NCBI GenBank assembly: GCA_036653035.1
Contig: JAVVUU010000001.1
Location: forward strand, 3,524 to 67,523
DNA length: 64,000 bases
Reading direction: 5' to 3'
Source of the DNA: Oscillospiraceae bacterium
GTDB lineage: Bacteria; Bacillota; Clostridia; Oscillospirales; Oscillospiraceae
The number at the start of each line of letters is the position of its first letter. The first letter of the stretch is position 1. Of the stretch, positions 45,656-55,629 are shown one piece after another. The position numbers and the translations under genes are program-made. The notes under the pieces were generated by a model. The model was not told where the DNA came from. It saw nothing but the letters and a program-made list of their open reading frames with translations, and did not search any database.

Positions 45656-46448
45656 GTCCGAATGTGCAATTCATGTGGAAAACCTCTGTGTCAAATACAG
45701 GCACACAACAGCGCTGTCCGATGTGTGCATCGACCTGCACGAGGGAGAATTTTTGGGCGTTATAGGCCCGAACGGCGGCGGAAAATCAACCCTTTTAAAG
45801 GCAATCTTGGGACTTGTGCCCATCAGCGGCGGAAAAATTTCCATTTTCGGTAGGGAAAACACGGAAAACAGCTCGCTTGTAGGCTATGTTCCGCAATTTT
45901 CCGCAGTGGACAGGAGCTTTCCAATTTCCGTAAAGGAGGTCGTAATGACCGCTTTTATGAAAGGCCCTCTGCACCCCTTTTTTCGCTACTCGGCCGAGCA
46001 CCGCAGGAGGGCTTTAAAGCAGCTTGAAAGAGTTGGCATTGCAGAGCTTGCAAATAGGCAAATTGCAGAGCTTTCCGGCGGCGAATTTCAGCGTATGCTG
46101 GTTGCCCGCGCACTTGCGGTGGAGCCAAAAATTCTTTTGCTGGACGAGCCAACGGCAAATGTTGACCCCGCCTCGCGCGCACAGATTTATGACCTTCTTG
46201 CCGCATTGAATAAATCCGTTACAATAGTTCTTGTAACGCACGACCTCATGGCGATTGCTTCGCAGGTAACAAGCCTTGCCTGCCTTAACGGAACACTTGT
46301 CTACCACGGCGAACCCTCATTAAACGAAAAAATTGTCAACGAAATGTATGGCAGTCCGGTTGACATAATATCGCACGATGTTCCTCACAGAGTCCTTCGC
46401 GGACATAGCCACGACACAGACGGAGCAGGGGAGGGCAAGCAATGCTAG
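45645..46448 (+). CDS. metal ABC transporter ATP-binding protein (ZnuC-like)
   Basis: ATG 45645 lies 8 nt after GGAGGG and overlaps the upstream stop. GPNGGGKST, LSGGEFQR, LLLDEPTANVD. Confidence 0.9.
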   Translation: MENKSECAIHVENLCVKYRHTTALSDVCIDLHEGEFLGVIGPNGGGKSTLLKAILGLVPISGGKISIFGRENTENSSLVGYVPQFSAVDRSFPISVKEVVMTAFMKGPLHPFFRYSAEHRRRALKQLERVGIAELANRQIAELSGGEFQRMLVARALAVEPKILLLDEPTANVDPASRAQIYDLLAALNKSVTIVLVTHDLMAIASQVTSLACLNGTLVYHGEPSLNEKIVNEMYGSPVDIISHDVPHRVLRGHSHDTDGAGEGKQC

Positions 46449-47278
46449 ATGCGATTTTTGAGTATCAATTCATGCAGCACGCCGTTATCGCCTGCGTTTT
46501 GGCAAGCATTGTTTGCGGGCTTATTGGCGTTATCGTCGTTGAAAAAAAGCTTATTATGATGAGCGGCGGCATAGCGCACACGGCATACGGCGGCGTTGGC
46601 TTGGGCTATCTTTTGGGCTTTGAGCCTATGCTCGGCGCGGTTTTATTCTCCGTTGGCGCGGCGGTTGGCGTTGGCAGCATTAAGCGGCGCGGCGGGGTTA
46701 ACACCGATGTAATAATAGCTCTGCTTTGGTCGATGGGCATGGCACTCGGCACGGCATTTATAGGCTTTATGGAGGGCTATCCTCCCGATATGAGCTCCTA
46801 TCTTTTTGGAAACATCCTCTCCGTTACAAAGTCCGACCTTCTGATGATGGTTTGCCTTACCGTTGTTGTCTGCCTAACCGTTCTAATTTTGTTCAACGAC
46901 TGGAAGGCCTTTCTTTTTGACGACTGCTTTTCGAAAATTATCGGACTTAAAACCACATTTCTTGAGTATCTTTTGCTAATCCTTGTCGCACTCACAGTTG
47001 TTGTTTTAATCCGCGTTGCGGGAATTATTTTGGTTATAGCTCTGCTTACAGCTCCCGCCGCAACCGCCTCTTTGCTCTCCGACAAGCTTCGCACGCGTAT
47101 GCTTCTTGCCATTGCTATCGGGTTGTTTTATTGCTTCGCGGGGCTTTGGATTTCCTATGTTCTCGGAATTGCAAGCGGCGCAACAATTATCATTTTCTCC
47201 GTCGTTTCATATGCGATTGCCTACTTTTTCCGCTACATTTTGGGAAATTATTCGCCTAAACACAAGATGGTGAAATAA
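46442..47278 (+). CDS. metal ABC transporter permease (ZnuB-like)
   Basis: 278 aa with 8-9 TM helices, ABC-3 family-like (MMSGGIAHTAYGGVGLGYLLG). Overlaps the upstream stop. Confidence 0.88.
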   Translation: MLDAIFEYQFMQHAVIACVLASIVCGLIGVIVVEKKLIMMSGGIAHTAYGGVGLGYLLGFEPMLGAVLFSVGAAVGVGSIKRRGGVNTDVIIALLWSMGMALGTAFIGFMEGYPPDMSSYLFGNILSVTKSDLLMMVCLTVVVCLTVLILFNDWKAFLFDDCFSKIIGLKTTFLEYLLLILVALTVVVLIRVAGIILVIALLTAPAATASLLSDKLRTRMLLAIAIGLFYCFAGLWISYVLGIASGATIIIFSVVSYAIAYFFRYILGNYSPKHKMVK

Positions 47279-47466
47279 CTTTCAAATATAATCGCAAACA
47301 ATGACCTAAAAAGCTGTCCAAACAGCGTGATTTATGTTACAATACACTTTATGTTATAAATAATGCAACATAATAATTAGGTGCAAATATATAATAGCCA
47401 TGTTTTGGCATTAAATATATTTCAATAAATCATAATGTTCGCAAACCGAAAGGAATGGTCACAGTA

Positions 47467-48450
47467 ATGGGCTATGTTGTTATGGATATGGAGTGGAATC
47501 AGGCCATGTCCTCTCAATCCGCCGTGTTCAATAAGCTCCCCATCCATCTGCGCGGGGAGATAATCCAAATCGGAGCTGTCAAATTAACAGACGACCTTAT
47601 GCCCGGCGAGGAATTTCAAATCGACGTTCGTCCGATTTATTTTCGCCGTATGCACTACAAGGTCGAAAAGCTTACAGGCTTCGATAAGGACAGACTAAGC
47701 AGCGGCGAAGGCTTCAAGGAGGCTCTTGCAAAATTTCGCGAATGGTGCGGCGATGGCTGTACCTTCCTCACATGGGGAAGCGATGACCAAGGCATTCTTG
47801 AGCAAAACATCATCATCCACGACCTCGACTGGGACTGGATTGACAGATGGGTAAATCTGCAAATAATCTATAACCTGCAAACCAACGCGGGTCGCAACCA
47901 AACAGGGCTTTCCACAGCAATGGAGCACTTCGAAATCGAACAAACGCGTGTTGCGCACGATGCCCTTGGCGATGCTTACAACACAGCTCTCGTCTGTTCA
48001 AAGCTCGATTTAGAAGCGGGTCTTGCACAATATGAGGATGCCTCAAAAAAGCTTCCAACCCACACATCCCCCGAAAACGGCGAAGCATCAAACGCACCGG
48101 AAGCAATTGAACACTGCGCTTTCACCGGCTTTGCCACAAGAGCGGATGCTTTTGCGGACAAAAGTCTTGCAATGCCCGTTTGCCCCATCTGCGGTGAGCA
48201 CCTCAAAAATACACGTTGGGTAAATCAAGGCGACAAGCGTTATATGTCGCTTTGCTCCTGCAAAAAGCATGGCAGCTTTCTTGTCCGCATCAAATTCCGC
48301 GAGGCGGAGGACACCACATGGACAGTAAACCGCATAATCTACAAGGCGGACACCTCCATGGAAGAATTTTACAAAAACAAAGCGCATCCTCCAAGACGTA
48401 GCCGTACCCATTCCAAAAAAAAAGCTTCGCCACGAGGTGCGCAAACTTAA
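47467..48450 (+). CDS. DEDDh 3'-5' exonuclease domain protein with Cys/His-rich C-terminal domain
   Basis: VVMDMEWNQ (Exo I), TWGSDDQGIL (Exo II), HDALGDAYNT (Exo III), then CPICGEH...CSCKKH. Start is either ATG 47467 or the ATG at 47455, which has no spacer after AGGA. Confidence 0.8.
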   Translation: MGYVVMDMEWNQAMSSQSAVFNKLPIHLRGEIIQIGAVKLTDDLMPGEEFQIDVRPIYFRRMHYKVEKLTGFDKDRLSSGEGFKEALAKFREWCGDGCTFLTWGSDDQGILEQNIIIHDLDWDWIDRWVNLQIIYNLQTNAGRNQTGLSTAMEHFEIEQTRVAHDALGDAYNTALVCSKLDLEAGLAQYEDASKKLPTHTSPENGEASNAPEAIEHCAFTGFATRADAFADKSLAMPVCPICGEHLKNTRWVNQGDKRYMSLCSCKKHGSFLVRIKFREAEDTTWTVNRIIYKADTSMEEFYKNKAHPPRRSRTHSKKKASPRGAQT

Positions 48451-48519
48451 ACGCTTCAGCACTTTCAAGCTTTCACAAATTTTCGTTTTCTCCCATCCAA
48501 TTAAAATTTGGAGGTATTT

Positions 48520-49356
48520 ATGACTTACTGGGTCGCCGCACTTTTGGGACTTGTCCAAGGTATCGCCGAGTTTTTGCCCATTTCAAGCTCGGGGCATCTG
48601 TCAGTCCTGCAAAACATATTTAAAATGCAAAATGTCGAGGAGGGGCACCTGTTTTTCGATGTTCTCCTCCACCTTGCAACACTTGTTTCCGTCTGCATAG
48701 TTTATAGGCGCGAGCTTGCAGACATGATACACGAGGTTTTCGCCTTTTTCCATGACATCCGCCACCCGCAGCCCAAGGATGACGCGCCAAAGCCCGCGCG
48801 CCGTCTTGTCCTTATGCTAATTGTTGCGACACTGCCGCTTTTCATTATTTTGCCGTTCAACAGTCAAATTGAAAAGCTATATTACAACACATTTTTCATA
48901 GGAATAGCATTTTTGGTCACCGGCGGAATACTGCTCCTTGCAGACAAAATGCAGCGGGGTCGAAAAACCGAAAAAAACATGACCATCGGCAACGCCCTTG
49001 TTGTCGGTGTCTGTCAGGCAATCGCCGTATTGCCCGGTGTTTCTCGTTCCGGAACAACCATTTCCGCCGGCATGGCTGCCGGCTTTGACCGTAGCTTTGC
49101 AGTAAAATTTTCTTTTCTCCTCTCCCTGCCCGCCATTTTGGGTGCGAATATCATCAATCTTTTTAAGGCTTTCGGGGAAGGCGTTGACTTTACCCTGCTT
49201 CCCGTATACCTCGTTGGAATGGTAATTGCGGGCGTTTCCGGCTACTTTGCAATTCGTTTGGTCAAGTTCATCTCACAAAAAGGTAAATTTGGCAAATTTT
49301 CATATTATTGCTTTGGAGTTGGTATTCTAACAATCGTTCTTTCAATCATTTTCTGA
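48520..49356 (+). CDS. uppP: undecaprenyl-diphosphate phosphatase
   Basis: ATG 48520 lies 5 nt after GGAGG. GIAEFLPISSSGHL and PGVSRSGTTI motifs. Confidence 0.95.
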   Translation: MTYWVAALLGLVQGIAEFLPISSSGHLSVLQNIFKMQNVEEGHLFFDVLLHLATLVSVCIVYRRELADMIHEVFAFFHDIRHPQPKDDAPKPARRLVLMLIVATLPLFIILPFNSQIEKLYYNTFFIGIAFLVTGGILLLADKMQRGRKTEKNMTIGNALVVGVCQAIAVLPGVSRSGTTISAGMAAGFDRSFAVKFSFLLSLPAILGANIINLFKAFGEGVDFTLLPVYLVGMVIAGVSGYFAIRLVKFISQKGKFGKFSYYCFGVGILTIVLSIIF

Positions 49357-49374
49357 TTTGGAGTGAAATTATAA

Positions 49375-52065
49375 ATGGCACAAACAGCAAAAACCCCCGC
49401 AAAAAAAGCACCTGTGAAAAAAGCCACAACAGGTAAAAATTCTTCCACCGCCAAAAAGGGCGCAGTGTCGAAGAAAAACGCTCCACCCCCAAAAAACTCC
49501 GAAAACAGTGCCGTGAGGCGTGCGGTTGCGGCGGTAATCTGCCTGTTTCTCGGCCTTTTTTCCCTAATTGGCTACTTCCCGGTGGACGCGTGGTTTATAA
49601 CATATTTTTGTGGCTTCATAAAGAGCATTATCGGATGGGGATACTACATATTTCCACCCGCACTTTTGGTTTGTGCGTGGACACTTGGCTTTTCACGCGG
49701 CAAGCCCGTCACCTTCAAGGTTGTTTCCGCTCTGCTGACACCGCTGTTTTTAGGCGCATTCTTCCACCTGTTTTCAAGTGAAGCAAGTCTTGAATTTTCA
49801 AAAGCTATATTTGCCCAGCTTTACAAAAGCGGCGGCGAAATGCTCAGTGGCGGCGTGCTCTCCGGGATTTTGGCGCTCGGTCTAAAATCCGCGGTCAGTA
49901 TTTATGGCGCATTCCCCGTATTTTTTATAGGTCTGCTGTTTTTTGCAATGAACAGCGTTGGCGTTACAATCCCAAAGCTTGTTAAATTTATCCGAAACCG
50001 TCCCAAAAAAGAGCTTGCCCCTCCGGCGGCGCGAAATTCACTTCCGCCCGAAAATGAAGCTCCGGCAAGGCGTGAAAAAGCCCCCGTTTCTCCAAGAAAA
50101 GGCCGAACACGCGCAATCGACATCCCTATGGATGAGGTCAACGAGCCTGACGAAAATTATGTTGAGGAAAAGGTTGGATTTTTCAACACCAAGCCCCGCG
50201 TAAAAACGCCCGACCAGCTCCTTGCACAGGAGGACAAGCCGGCTGCACCTGCGCCGCGCACAGTACCCATGCCAACGGACAATGTTAAACCTCTGTCTGT
50301 TGCCGAAGCTGCCGCCGTTGCCGGTATTCCCGAAGCTGCCGTAACTCAAATTTCAAGCGACGAGCCTCAATGTGCTTTTGAACCCGTCAATGAACCTATT
50401 TCCGCACCGATTGCCCCACCCGCGAGTGCAACAAAAAAAATTACACCGGATGAAATTGACTCCGTTACAGAGGAAATCACCAAAACAATCGAAAAAGCTC
50501 TCGATGAAAGCAACGGAGAATATCAATTCCCGCCAATTTCTCTGCTTCGCACGGGCGAGGGCAAAAGCTCTGTGGACGGTCGGCAGGAAATTGCCCTAAA
50601 CCGTGAACGGCTTGAAAGCACCATACGCAGCTTTGGAGTTAGCGCCGCCATCACAAATGTCACACGCGGCCCCACAGTAACACGCTATGATTTGGAGCTT
50701 GATCAGGGTGTTAAGCTTGCAAAGCTCACAAACCTTGCGGGTGACCTTGCACTCTCCTTGGGTGTCAGCAGTGTTCGCATTGCCCCCATACCCGACAAAA
50801 TTTCAACCGTTGGAATTGAGGTTCCAAACAAGCTTATAAGCACGGTTTACCTCCACGACATCATCAATTCCTCATCATTCAAGGCGGCGCAGTCCAAGCT
50901 GAGCTTCGCCATAGGTGAAGATATCGCAGGCAATGCAATCGTTGGAAATATTGCGAAGCTTCCGCATATGCTAATCGCGGGAACAACAGGCTCGGGAAAA
51001 TCCGTCTGCATGAACTCACTCATTTTAAGCATCCTCTACAAGGCAACGCCGGAGGAAGTCCGCCTTATTATGATTGACCCCAAAATGGTCGAGCTTGGCA
51101 TCTACAACGGCATTCCGCACCTCTTTGTTCCAGTAGTAACCGACCCCAAAAAAGCGGCGGGTGCGCTGCAATGGGCGGTTGTCGAAATGCTAAAGCGCTA
51201 TCGTCTGTTTTCCGAAGCGGGCGTCCGCGACCTTGCGGGCTACAACCTCTACCAAAAAAATCTCGGCGCTCCAACCTTGCCACGCGTCGTCATTGTTATA
51301 GACGAGCTTGCCGACTTAATGCTTGTAGCCTCGAAAGAGGTTGAGGAGAGCATTTGCCGCGTTGCACAAATGGGACGCGCATCGGGAATGCACCTCGTCA
51401 TAGCAACTCAGCGCCCCTCGGCGGATGTTATCACGGGACTTATGAAGGCAAATATTCCCAGCCGAATTGCCTTCGCCGTTTCGTCCGGCATGGAAAGCCG
51501 CATCATACTTGACACCTCCGGCGCAGAAAAACTAATCGGCGCGGGCGATATGCTCTACGCTCCGCTCGGAGTTGGCAAGCCCTTGCGCGTCCAAGGCGCT
51601 TTTGTGTCCGACGAAGAACGCGAAAAGGTAATTGACTTTGTAAAAGCCGGCGCAGAGGTCGAATACAGCGAGGACATTCTTGCACAAATTGAAAAGGCGG
51701 CAGAGGAAAAAGATTCCGTCGGCAACGGAAAATCCGATGCTTCCGATAATTCCTCCGATTATGACGATCTGCTCCCGCAGGCTGTTGATGTCATTTTTGA
51801 AACCAAGCAGGCCTCGGTTTCAATGCTCCAGCGCAGGCTGAAGCTTGGTTACGCAAGAGCCGCACGAATAGTTGACCAAATGGAAGAAATTGGCATAGTC
51901 GGTCCCTTTGAAGGCTCAAAGCCGCGTCAGGTGCTCATAACAAGGCAGCAGTGGCAGGAAATGCAGTACTCCACCGGCACAGCGCCCGTGGACACAGCAA
52001 CAGATTTGGACGAAGTCAGCTTTGCCGAATACGAGGATACTCCCACAGAGGCTTGGAAAGACTAA
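49375..52065 (+). CDS. ftsK: DNA translocase FtsK/SpoIIIE
   Basis: Basic N-terminus and 4-5 TM helices, a Pro/Ala-rich linker, motor domain (GTTGSGKS, VIVIDELADLM) and a gamma wHTH (SVSMLQRRLKLGYARAARIVDQME). Confidence 0.96.
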   Translation: MAQTAKTPAKKAPVKKATTGKNSSTAKKGAVSKKNAPPPKNSENSAVRRAVAAVICLFLGLFSLIGYFPVDAWFITYFCGFIKSIIGWGYYIFPPALLVCAWTLGFSRGKPVTFKVVSALLTPLFLGAFFHLFSSEASLEFSKAIFAQLYKSGGEMLSGGVLSGILALGLKSAVSIYGAFPVFFIGLLFFAMNSVGVTIPKLVKFIRNRPKKELAPPAARNSLPPENEAPARREKAPVSPRKGRTRAIDIPMDEVNEPDENYVEEKVGFFNTKPRVKTPDQLLAQEDKPAAPAPRTVPMPTDNVKPLSVAEAAAVAGIPEAAVTQISSDEPQCAFEPVNEPISAPIAPPASATKKITPDEIDSVTEEITKTIEKALDESNGEYQFPPISLLRTGEGKSSVDGRQEIALNRERLESTIRSFGVSAAITNVTRGPTVTRYDLELDQGVKLAKLTNLAGDLALSLGVSSVRIAPIPDKISTVGIEVPNKLISTVYLHDIINSSSFKAAQSKLSFAIGEDIAGNAIVGNIAKLPHMLIAGTTGSGKSVCMNSLILSILYKATPEEVRLIMIDPKMVELGIYNGIPHLFVPVVTDPKKAAGALQWAVVEMLKRYRLFSEAGVRDLAGYNLYQKNLGAPTLPRVVIVIDELADLMLVASKEVEESICRVAQMGRASGMHLVIATQRPSADVITGLMKANIPSRIAFAVSSGMESRIILDTSGAEKLIGAGDMLYAPLGVGKPLRVQGAFVSDEEREKVIDFVKAGAEVEYSEDILAQIEKAAEEKDSVGNGKSDASDNSSDYDDLLPQAVDVIFETKQASVSMLQRRLKLGYARAARIVDQMEEIGIVGPFEGSKPRQVLITRQQWQEMQYSTGTAPVDTATDLDEVSFAEYEDTPTEAWKD

Positions 52066-52204
52066 AAACATCTGTTGAATAAGCCATTACAGCAGTTTCG
52101 GGACATTTGGCTCGCCGAACTCCTCGCAATCCGAACCGGAACTGCCGTAGGCGGCTTCGGCGGGGCAATGGACGCGGAGCTTGAAGAAAGGGCTTTTAAA
52201 AAAT

Positions 52205-52621
52205 ATGATGACTGATTATTTAAATACTCGCCTTACGGACGAGCAGCTGCAAGCTATGAGTGTTTTGGGTCTTGCCCACATTGGCGATGCGGTTTATGAG
52301 CTGCTTGTTCGCACATGGCTTTGCGCACACGGAAAAACCACCTCCAAGGGTCTGCACAGGGAAACTGTCCGTTTTGTCAGCGCTCCCGCACAGGCTAGGG
52401 CAACCCTGCTTTTCATGGAAAAGCTCTCCGATGCGGAGCTTGCCGCCTATAAGCGCGGCCGCAATGCAAGGGTAAATTCTATCCCGAAAAATGCCGACAT
52501 TTCCGAATATCACGCCGCCACAGGACTCGAAACACTTTTCGGATACCTATATTTAAAGGGTGAAACGGACAGAATAAACGAGCTGTTCGGATGTGTCATG
52601 GAGGAAAACCAATGCCGCTAG
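52205..52621 (+). CDS. mrnC: Mini-ribonuclease 3
   Basis: LGLAHIGDAVYELLVR...YHAATGLETLFGYLYL. Start at ATG 52205; the tracked TTG 52181 is possible. Confidence 0.88.
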   Translation: MMTDYLNTRLTDEQLQAMSVLGLAHIGDAVYELLVRTWLCAHGKTTSKGLHRETVRFVSAPAQARATLLFMEKLSDAELAAYKRGRNARVNSIPKNADISEYHAATGLETLFGYLYLKGETDRINELFGCVMEENQCR

Positions 52622-54372
52622 ACGCGATTTGCATAAACGCACTCACAAGCGAGCTTTCAGTTCAGCTTGAGGGCGCAAAAATTGATAAGGTTCAGCAGCC
52701 GGAGCGCGACACACTCATCCTAACCCTCCGCGTAAACGGCAAAAATTCGCGCCTTCTAATCTCGGCGGGCGTGGGCACGGCGCGCATACATTTTTCAAAT
52801 GAAAGCTACGAAAATCCTCAGTCGCCGCCCATGTTTTGTATGCTTCTGCGCAAGCACCTTGTTGGTGCGCGTATTCTCGCACTGACCCAGCCGGAGTTTG
52901 AGCGAATGATGATTTTCAACCTTGAAACCTACGACGAAATGGGCATTGCAATGCAAAAGCAGCTCATTGTTGAGATGATGGGGCGCAATTCAAATATAAT
53001 TCTAACAGGGCCGGAGGGGCACGTTATAGACTGTCTGCGCCGTGTGGATGGCGACATGAGCCGCACACGCCAAGTGCTTCCGGGGCTGATTTATCGTCTG
53101 CCACCGCCGCAAAATAAGCCGAGCTTTTTTGAGCTTTCAAATGACGAAAGAGCCGCTCTTTGGCAAAGCTGTGAAACCGATAAGCTTGCCGATAAGTGGC
53201 TTCTGGACACTTTTTCGGGGCTTTCCCCCCTCATATGCAGGGAGCTTTGCTTCGGTGCCTGCGGTGATGCTTCTCAATCCATTGCCGAGCTTTCCAAAGA
53301 TGAAAAGCAGGCCTTTTTAAACGGAATGAACGCACTTGCAGCGCTTGTTTCGGCGCACAATTATAAGCCGACCATGCTCCTTCAAAACGACAGACCGACG
53401 GATTTTTCCTTCATGCCCATTGCACAATATGAAAACGCCGCCGAGCAAGTCGCCTATGAGAATTTTTCCTCGCTCTTGGAGGATTATTTCACACGGCGCG
53501 ACAAGCAGGAGCAAATGCGCCGAAAGTCACAGGCACTCTACAAATCCGTCAAAAGCGCCCACGAGCGTGAGCTTCGCAAGCTTTCCTCCCGACGAGAGGA
53601 GCTTTTGAAAACCGGTGAGCGTGAGCTGAACAGATGCAGGGGCGACCTAATAACCGCAAACCTTTACCGCCTGAAAAAAGGCGACATCAGCTTTTCCGCA
53701 GAAAATTATTATGAGGAAAACAGTCCGGAAATCACCATTCCGCTTGACCCCTTAAAAACTCCTCAGCAAAACGCCGCCGCTTACTACAAAGAATATAACA
53801 AGGCAAAAACCGCCGAAAAGTACCTTGGCGACCTCATCGAAAAGGGCGAGCGCGAGGAGGCTTATCTTGTCAGCGTGATGGATGAAATTCAGCGCTCCGA
53901 GAGCGAGCGCGACCTTGCGGAAATTCGCCGAGAGCTTACAGAAACCGGCTTTATTAAGAAGCAAAAGGCCGCGAAAAAAGAAAAAATCAAAGAAAGCGCC
54001 CCCATGCGCTTTGTTTCATCCTCCGGAATGGAGATTTGGGTAGGCAAAAACAATGTCCAAAATGACAAGCTAACCACAAAAACCGCCCGCAGAACCGACC
54101 TTTGGCTTCATGTCCAAACCTTACACGGCAGTCATGTCATAATCTCCTGCGAGGGCATCGAGCCGGATGAAAAAACCTTGCTTGAAGCGGCCTGCCTTGC
54201 GGCATTCTATTCGCAAGCGCGTGACGGCGGCAAGGTTCCCGTGGACTACACGCAGGTGCGATTTGTCAAAAAAGCTTCCGGCGCAATGCCGGGCATGGTA
54301 ATCTACACCGATTACAAAACGCTGATAGTCGAGCCTGATGAAAAGCTCATAAACAGCTTGAAATCAAAATAA
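52612..54372 (+). CDS. rqcH: ribosome quality-control protein RqcH (NFACT / fibronectin-binding protein A family)
   Basis: ATG 52612 after GGAGGA. MPLDAICINALTSEL...IDKVQQPERDTLIL N-terminus, a coiled-coil middle region, and a C-terminal DLWLHVQTLHGSHVII NFACT-R domain. Confidence 0.9.
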   Translation: MPLDAICINALTSELSVQLEGAKIDKVQQPERDTLILTLRVNGKNSRLLISAGVGTARIHFSNESYENPQSPPMFCMLLRKHLVGARILALTQPEFERMMIFNLETYDEMGIAMQKQLIVEMMGRNSNIILTGPEGHVIDCLRRVDGDMSRTRQVLPGLIYRLPPPQNKPSFFELSNDERAALWQSCETDKLADKWLLDTFSGLSPLICRELCFGACGDASQSIAELSKDEKQAFLNGMNALAALVSAHNYKPTMLLQNDRPTDFSFMPIAQYENAAEQVAYENFSSLLEDYFTRRDKQEQMRRKSQALYKSVKSAHERELRKLSSRREELLKTGERELNRCRGDLITANLYRLKKGDISFSAENYYEENSPEITIPLDPLKTPQQNAAAYYKEYNKAKTAEKYLGDLIEKGEREEAYLVSVMDEIQRSESERDLAEIRRELTETGFIKKQKAAKKEKIKESAPMRFVSSSGMEIWVGKNNVQNDKLTTKTARRTDLWLHVQTLHGSHVIISCEGIEPDEKTLLEAACLAAFYSQARDGGKVPVDYTQVRFVKKASGAMPGMVIYTDYKTLIVEPDEKLINSLKSK

Positions 54373-54438
54373 AAAATGTACTCAATTGAGATGTTGTACG
54401 CAGAATATAAATGTTCAAGCGCAAATTTCTAAATAGTC

Positions 54439-54485
54439 AAAGAATGACCCCGCGCAAATTTTTGCGCGGGGTCATTCTTGTTTTA
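54439..54485. terminator. bidirectional intrinsic terminator between rqcH and the convergent SLH gene
   Basis: aagaatgaccccgcgcaaa / tttgcgcggggtcattctt 19-bp stem followed by gtttt. Confidence 0.85.
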
Positions 54486-54492
54486 TTACTAT

Positions 54493-55413
54493 TTATCTGT
54501 TTTCCAAAATGCTTTGCGCTCCAACGAGCAGCTTTGCGCAATCAGCACGGGTCAGTGCAACCTCTGCACTGACATCGGCGCTATCGGAAATGCGGCAGGC
54601 ATCAAGGTTTGCGCAGGCCTGTGTTGCCCATGCGGGAGCGGCACCTGTGCTTTCCTTAACACTAACATCGCTGAGATTTAAAGTTTTGTTCAGCATAACG
54701 GCCGCTTCGGGGTAGCTGATGAATTTTGTGCCGTTAAAAACCGCGGTGTTCATCTCATCGGAATAGCCCGTAATAACGCCGCTCAGCAGGGCGGTTGAAA
54801 CATATGGCTTCATGTAGGACGGTATGCTGCCATCATCCGCAAAGCCCGTTGTAATTACGCCGGAAAGAACATCAAAGCCGGTTACCTTTAGGCACATAGT
54901 CAAAAATTCGCCTCTTGTAACCGGTGCATCCGGATTAAAAACATACTGCCCACCTATGCATTCACCGACAAAAATATTGTTTTCCGCAAGAGCTATTGCC
55001 GCGCAATGTGAACCATTACCCTTCATGTCCGAATAGGTCATTTTGGATTTTTGCTTTTCAATTTTGATGATTACAGTTGCCTCCGAGGACTCGTTTCCGC
55101 GCCCATCAACGGCCTTGTAGCCGAAATAATCGCGTCCGCGCTTTCCGTCGTTTGGCGTGTAAACAAAGCTTCCCGTGTTGCTCAATTCAATCTCGCCTTT
55201 TGTGGGATGAGTTGTAATAACATAGCTTAAAACATCGCCGTCCGGGTCTGTGGCTTTAAGCTTTCCTCCGACAGATACCTCGCGATAGGTGGTAATTTCG
55301 AAATTTTCGGCAATTGGCGCGTCGCCCTTGCCCATAGCTCCGCTCTTTACAATCCCCAAGGTCAGCACCATCAGGAGACAGATACCTATTACACCCGCTG
55401 TTTTTCTTTTCAT
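54493..55413 (-). CDS. cell-wall protein: signal peptide, cadherin/Ig-like domain, three SLH repeats
   Basis: Signal peptide; ATDPDGDVLSYVITTHPTKGEIEL...FGYKAVDGRGNESSEATV (cadherin-like); then SLH-type repeats (FNPDAPVTRGEFLTM; FNGTKFISYPEAAVML; LTRADCAKLL). Confidence 0.8.
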   Translation of the reverse strand: MKRKTAGVIGICLLMVLTLGIVKSGAMGKGDAPIAENFEITTYREVSVGGKLKATDPDGDVLSYVITTHPTKGEIELSNTGSFVYTPNDGKRGRDYFGYKAVDGRGNESSEATVIIKIEKQKSKMTYSDMKGNGSHCAAIALAENNIFVGECIGGQYVFNPDAPVTRGEFLTMCLKVTGFDVLSGVITTGFADDGSIPSYMKPYVSTALLSGVITGYSDEMNTAVFNGTKFISYPEAAVMLNKTLNLSDVSVKESTGAAPAWATQACANLDACRISDSADVSAEVALTRADCAKLLVGAQSILENR

Positions 55414-55629
55414 ATATGGATACCTCCAAGCAAAATATGGCGCTTTTGATATTACTTAGCGCGTTGGAATTATTTTGCACAGGTGGAGGCGCTTTTATCC
55501 GCCGATTATACAATAAAATGGAACAAATAATAAATCAGTCTGCCAAATAATTTTTTTGACAGACAGTTCAAGCCGTGAGAAATTCCCCACGGCCTGAAGC
55601 TGAAATTATGTGCGGCAGGAAGCCAAGGC

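Noticed and set aside
48088-48558. 156-aa minus-strand ORF spanning the exonuclease 3' end and the uppP start
   Set aside because: It is antisense to two well-supported genes and has no RBS or recognisable motifs.
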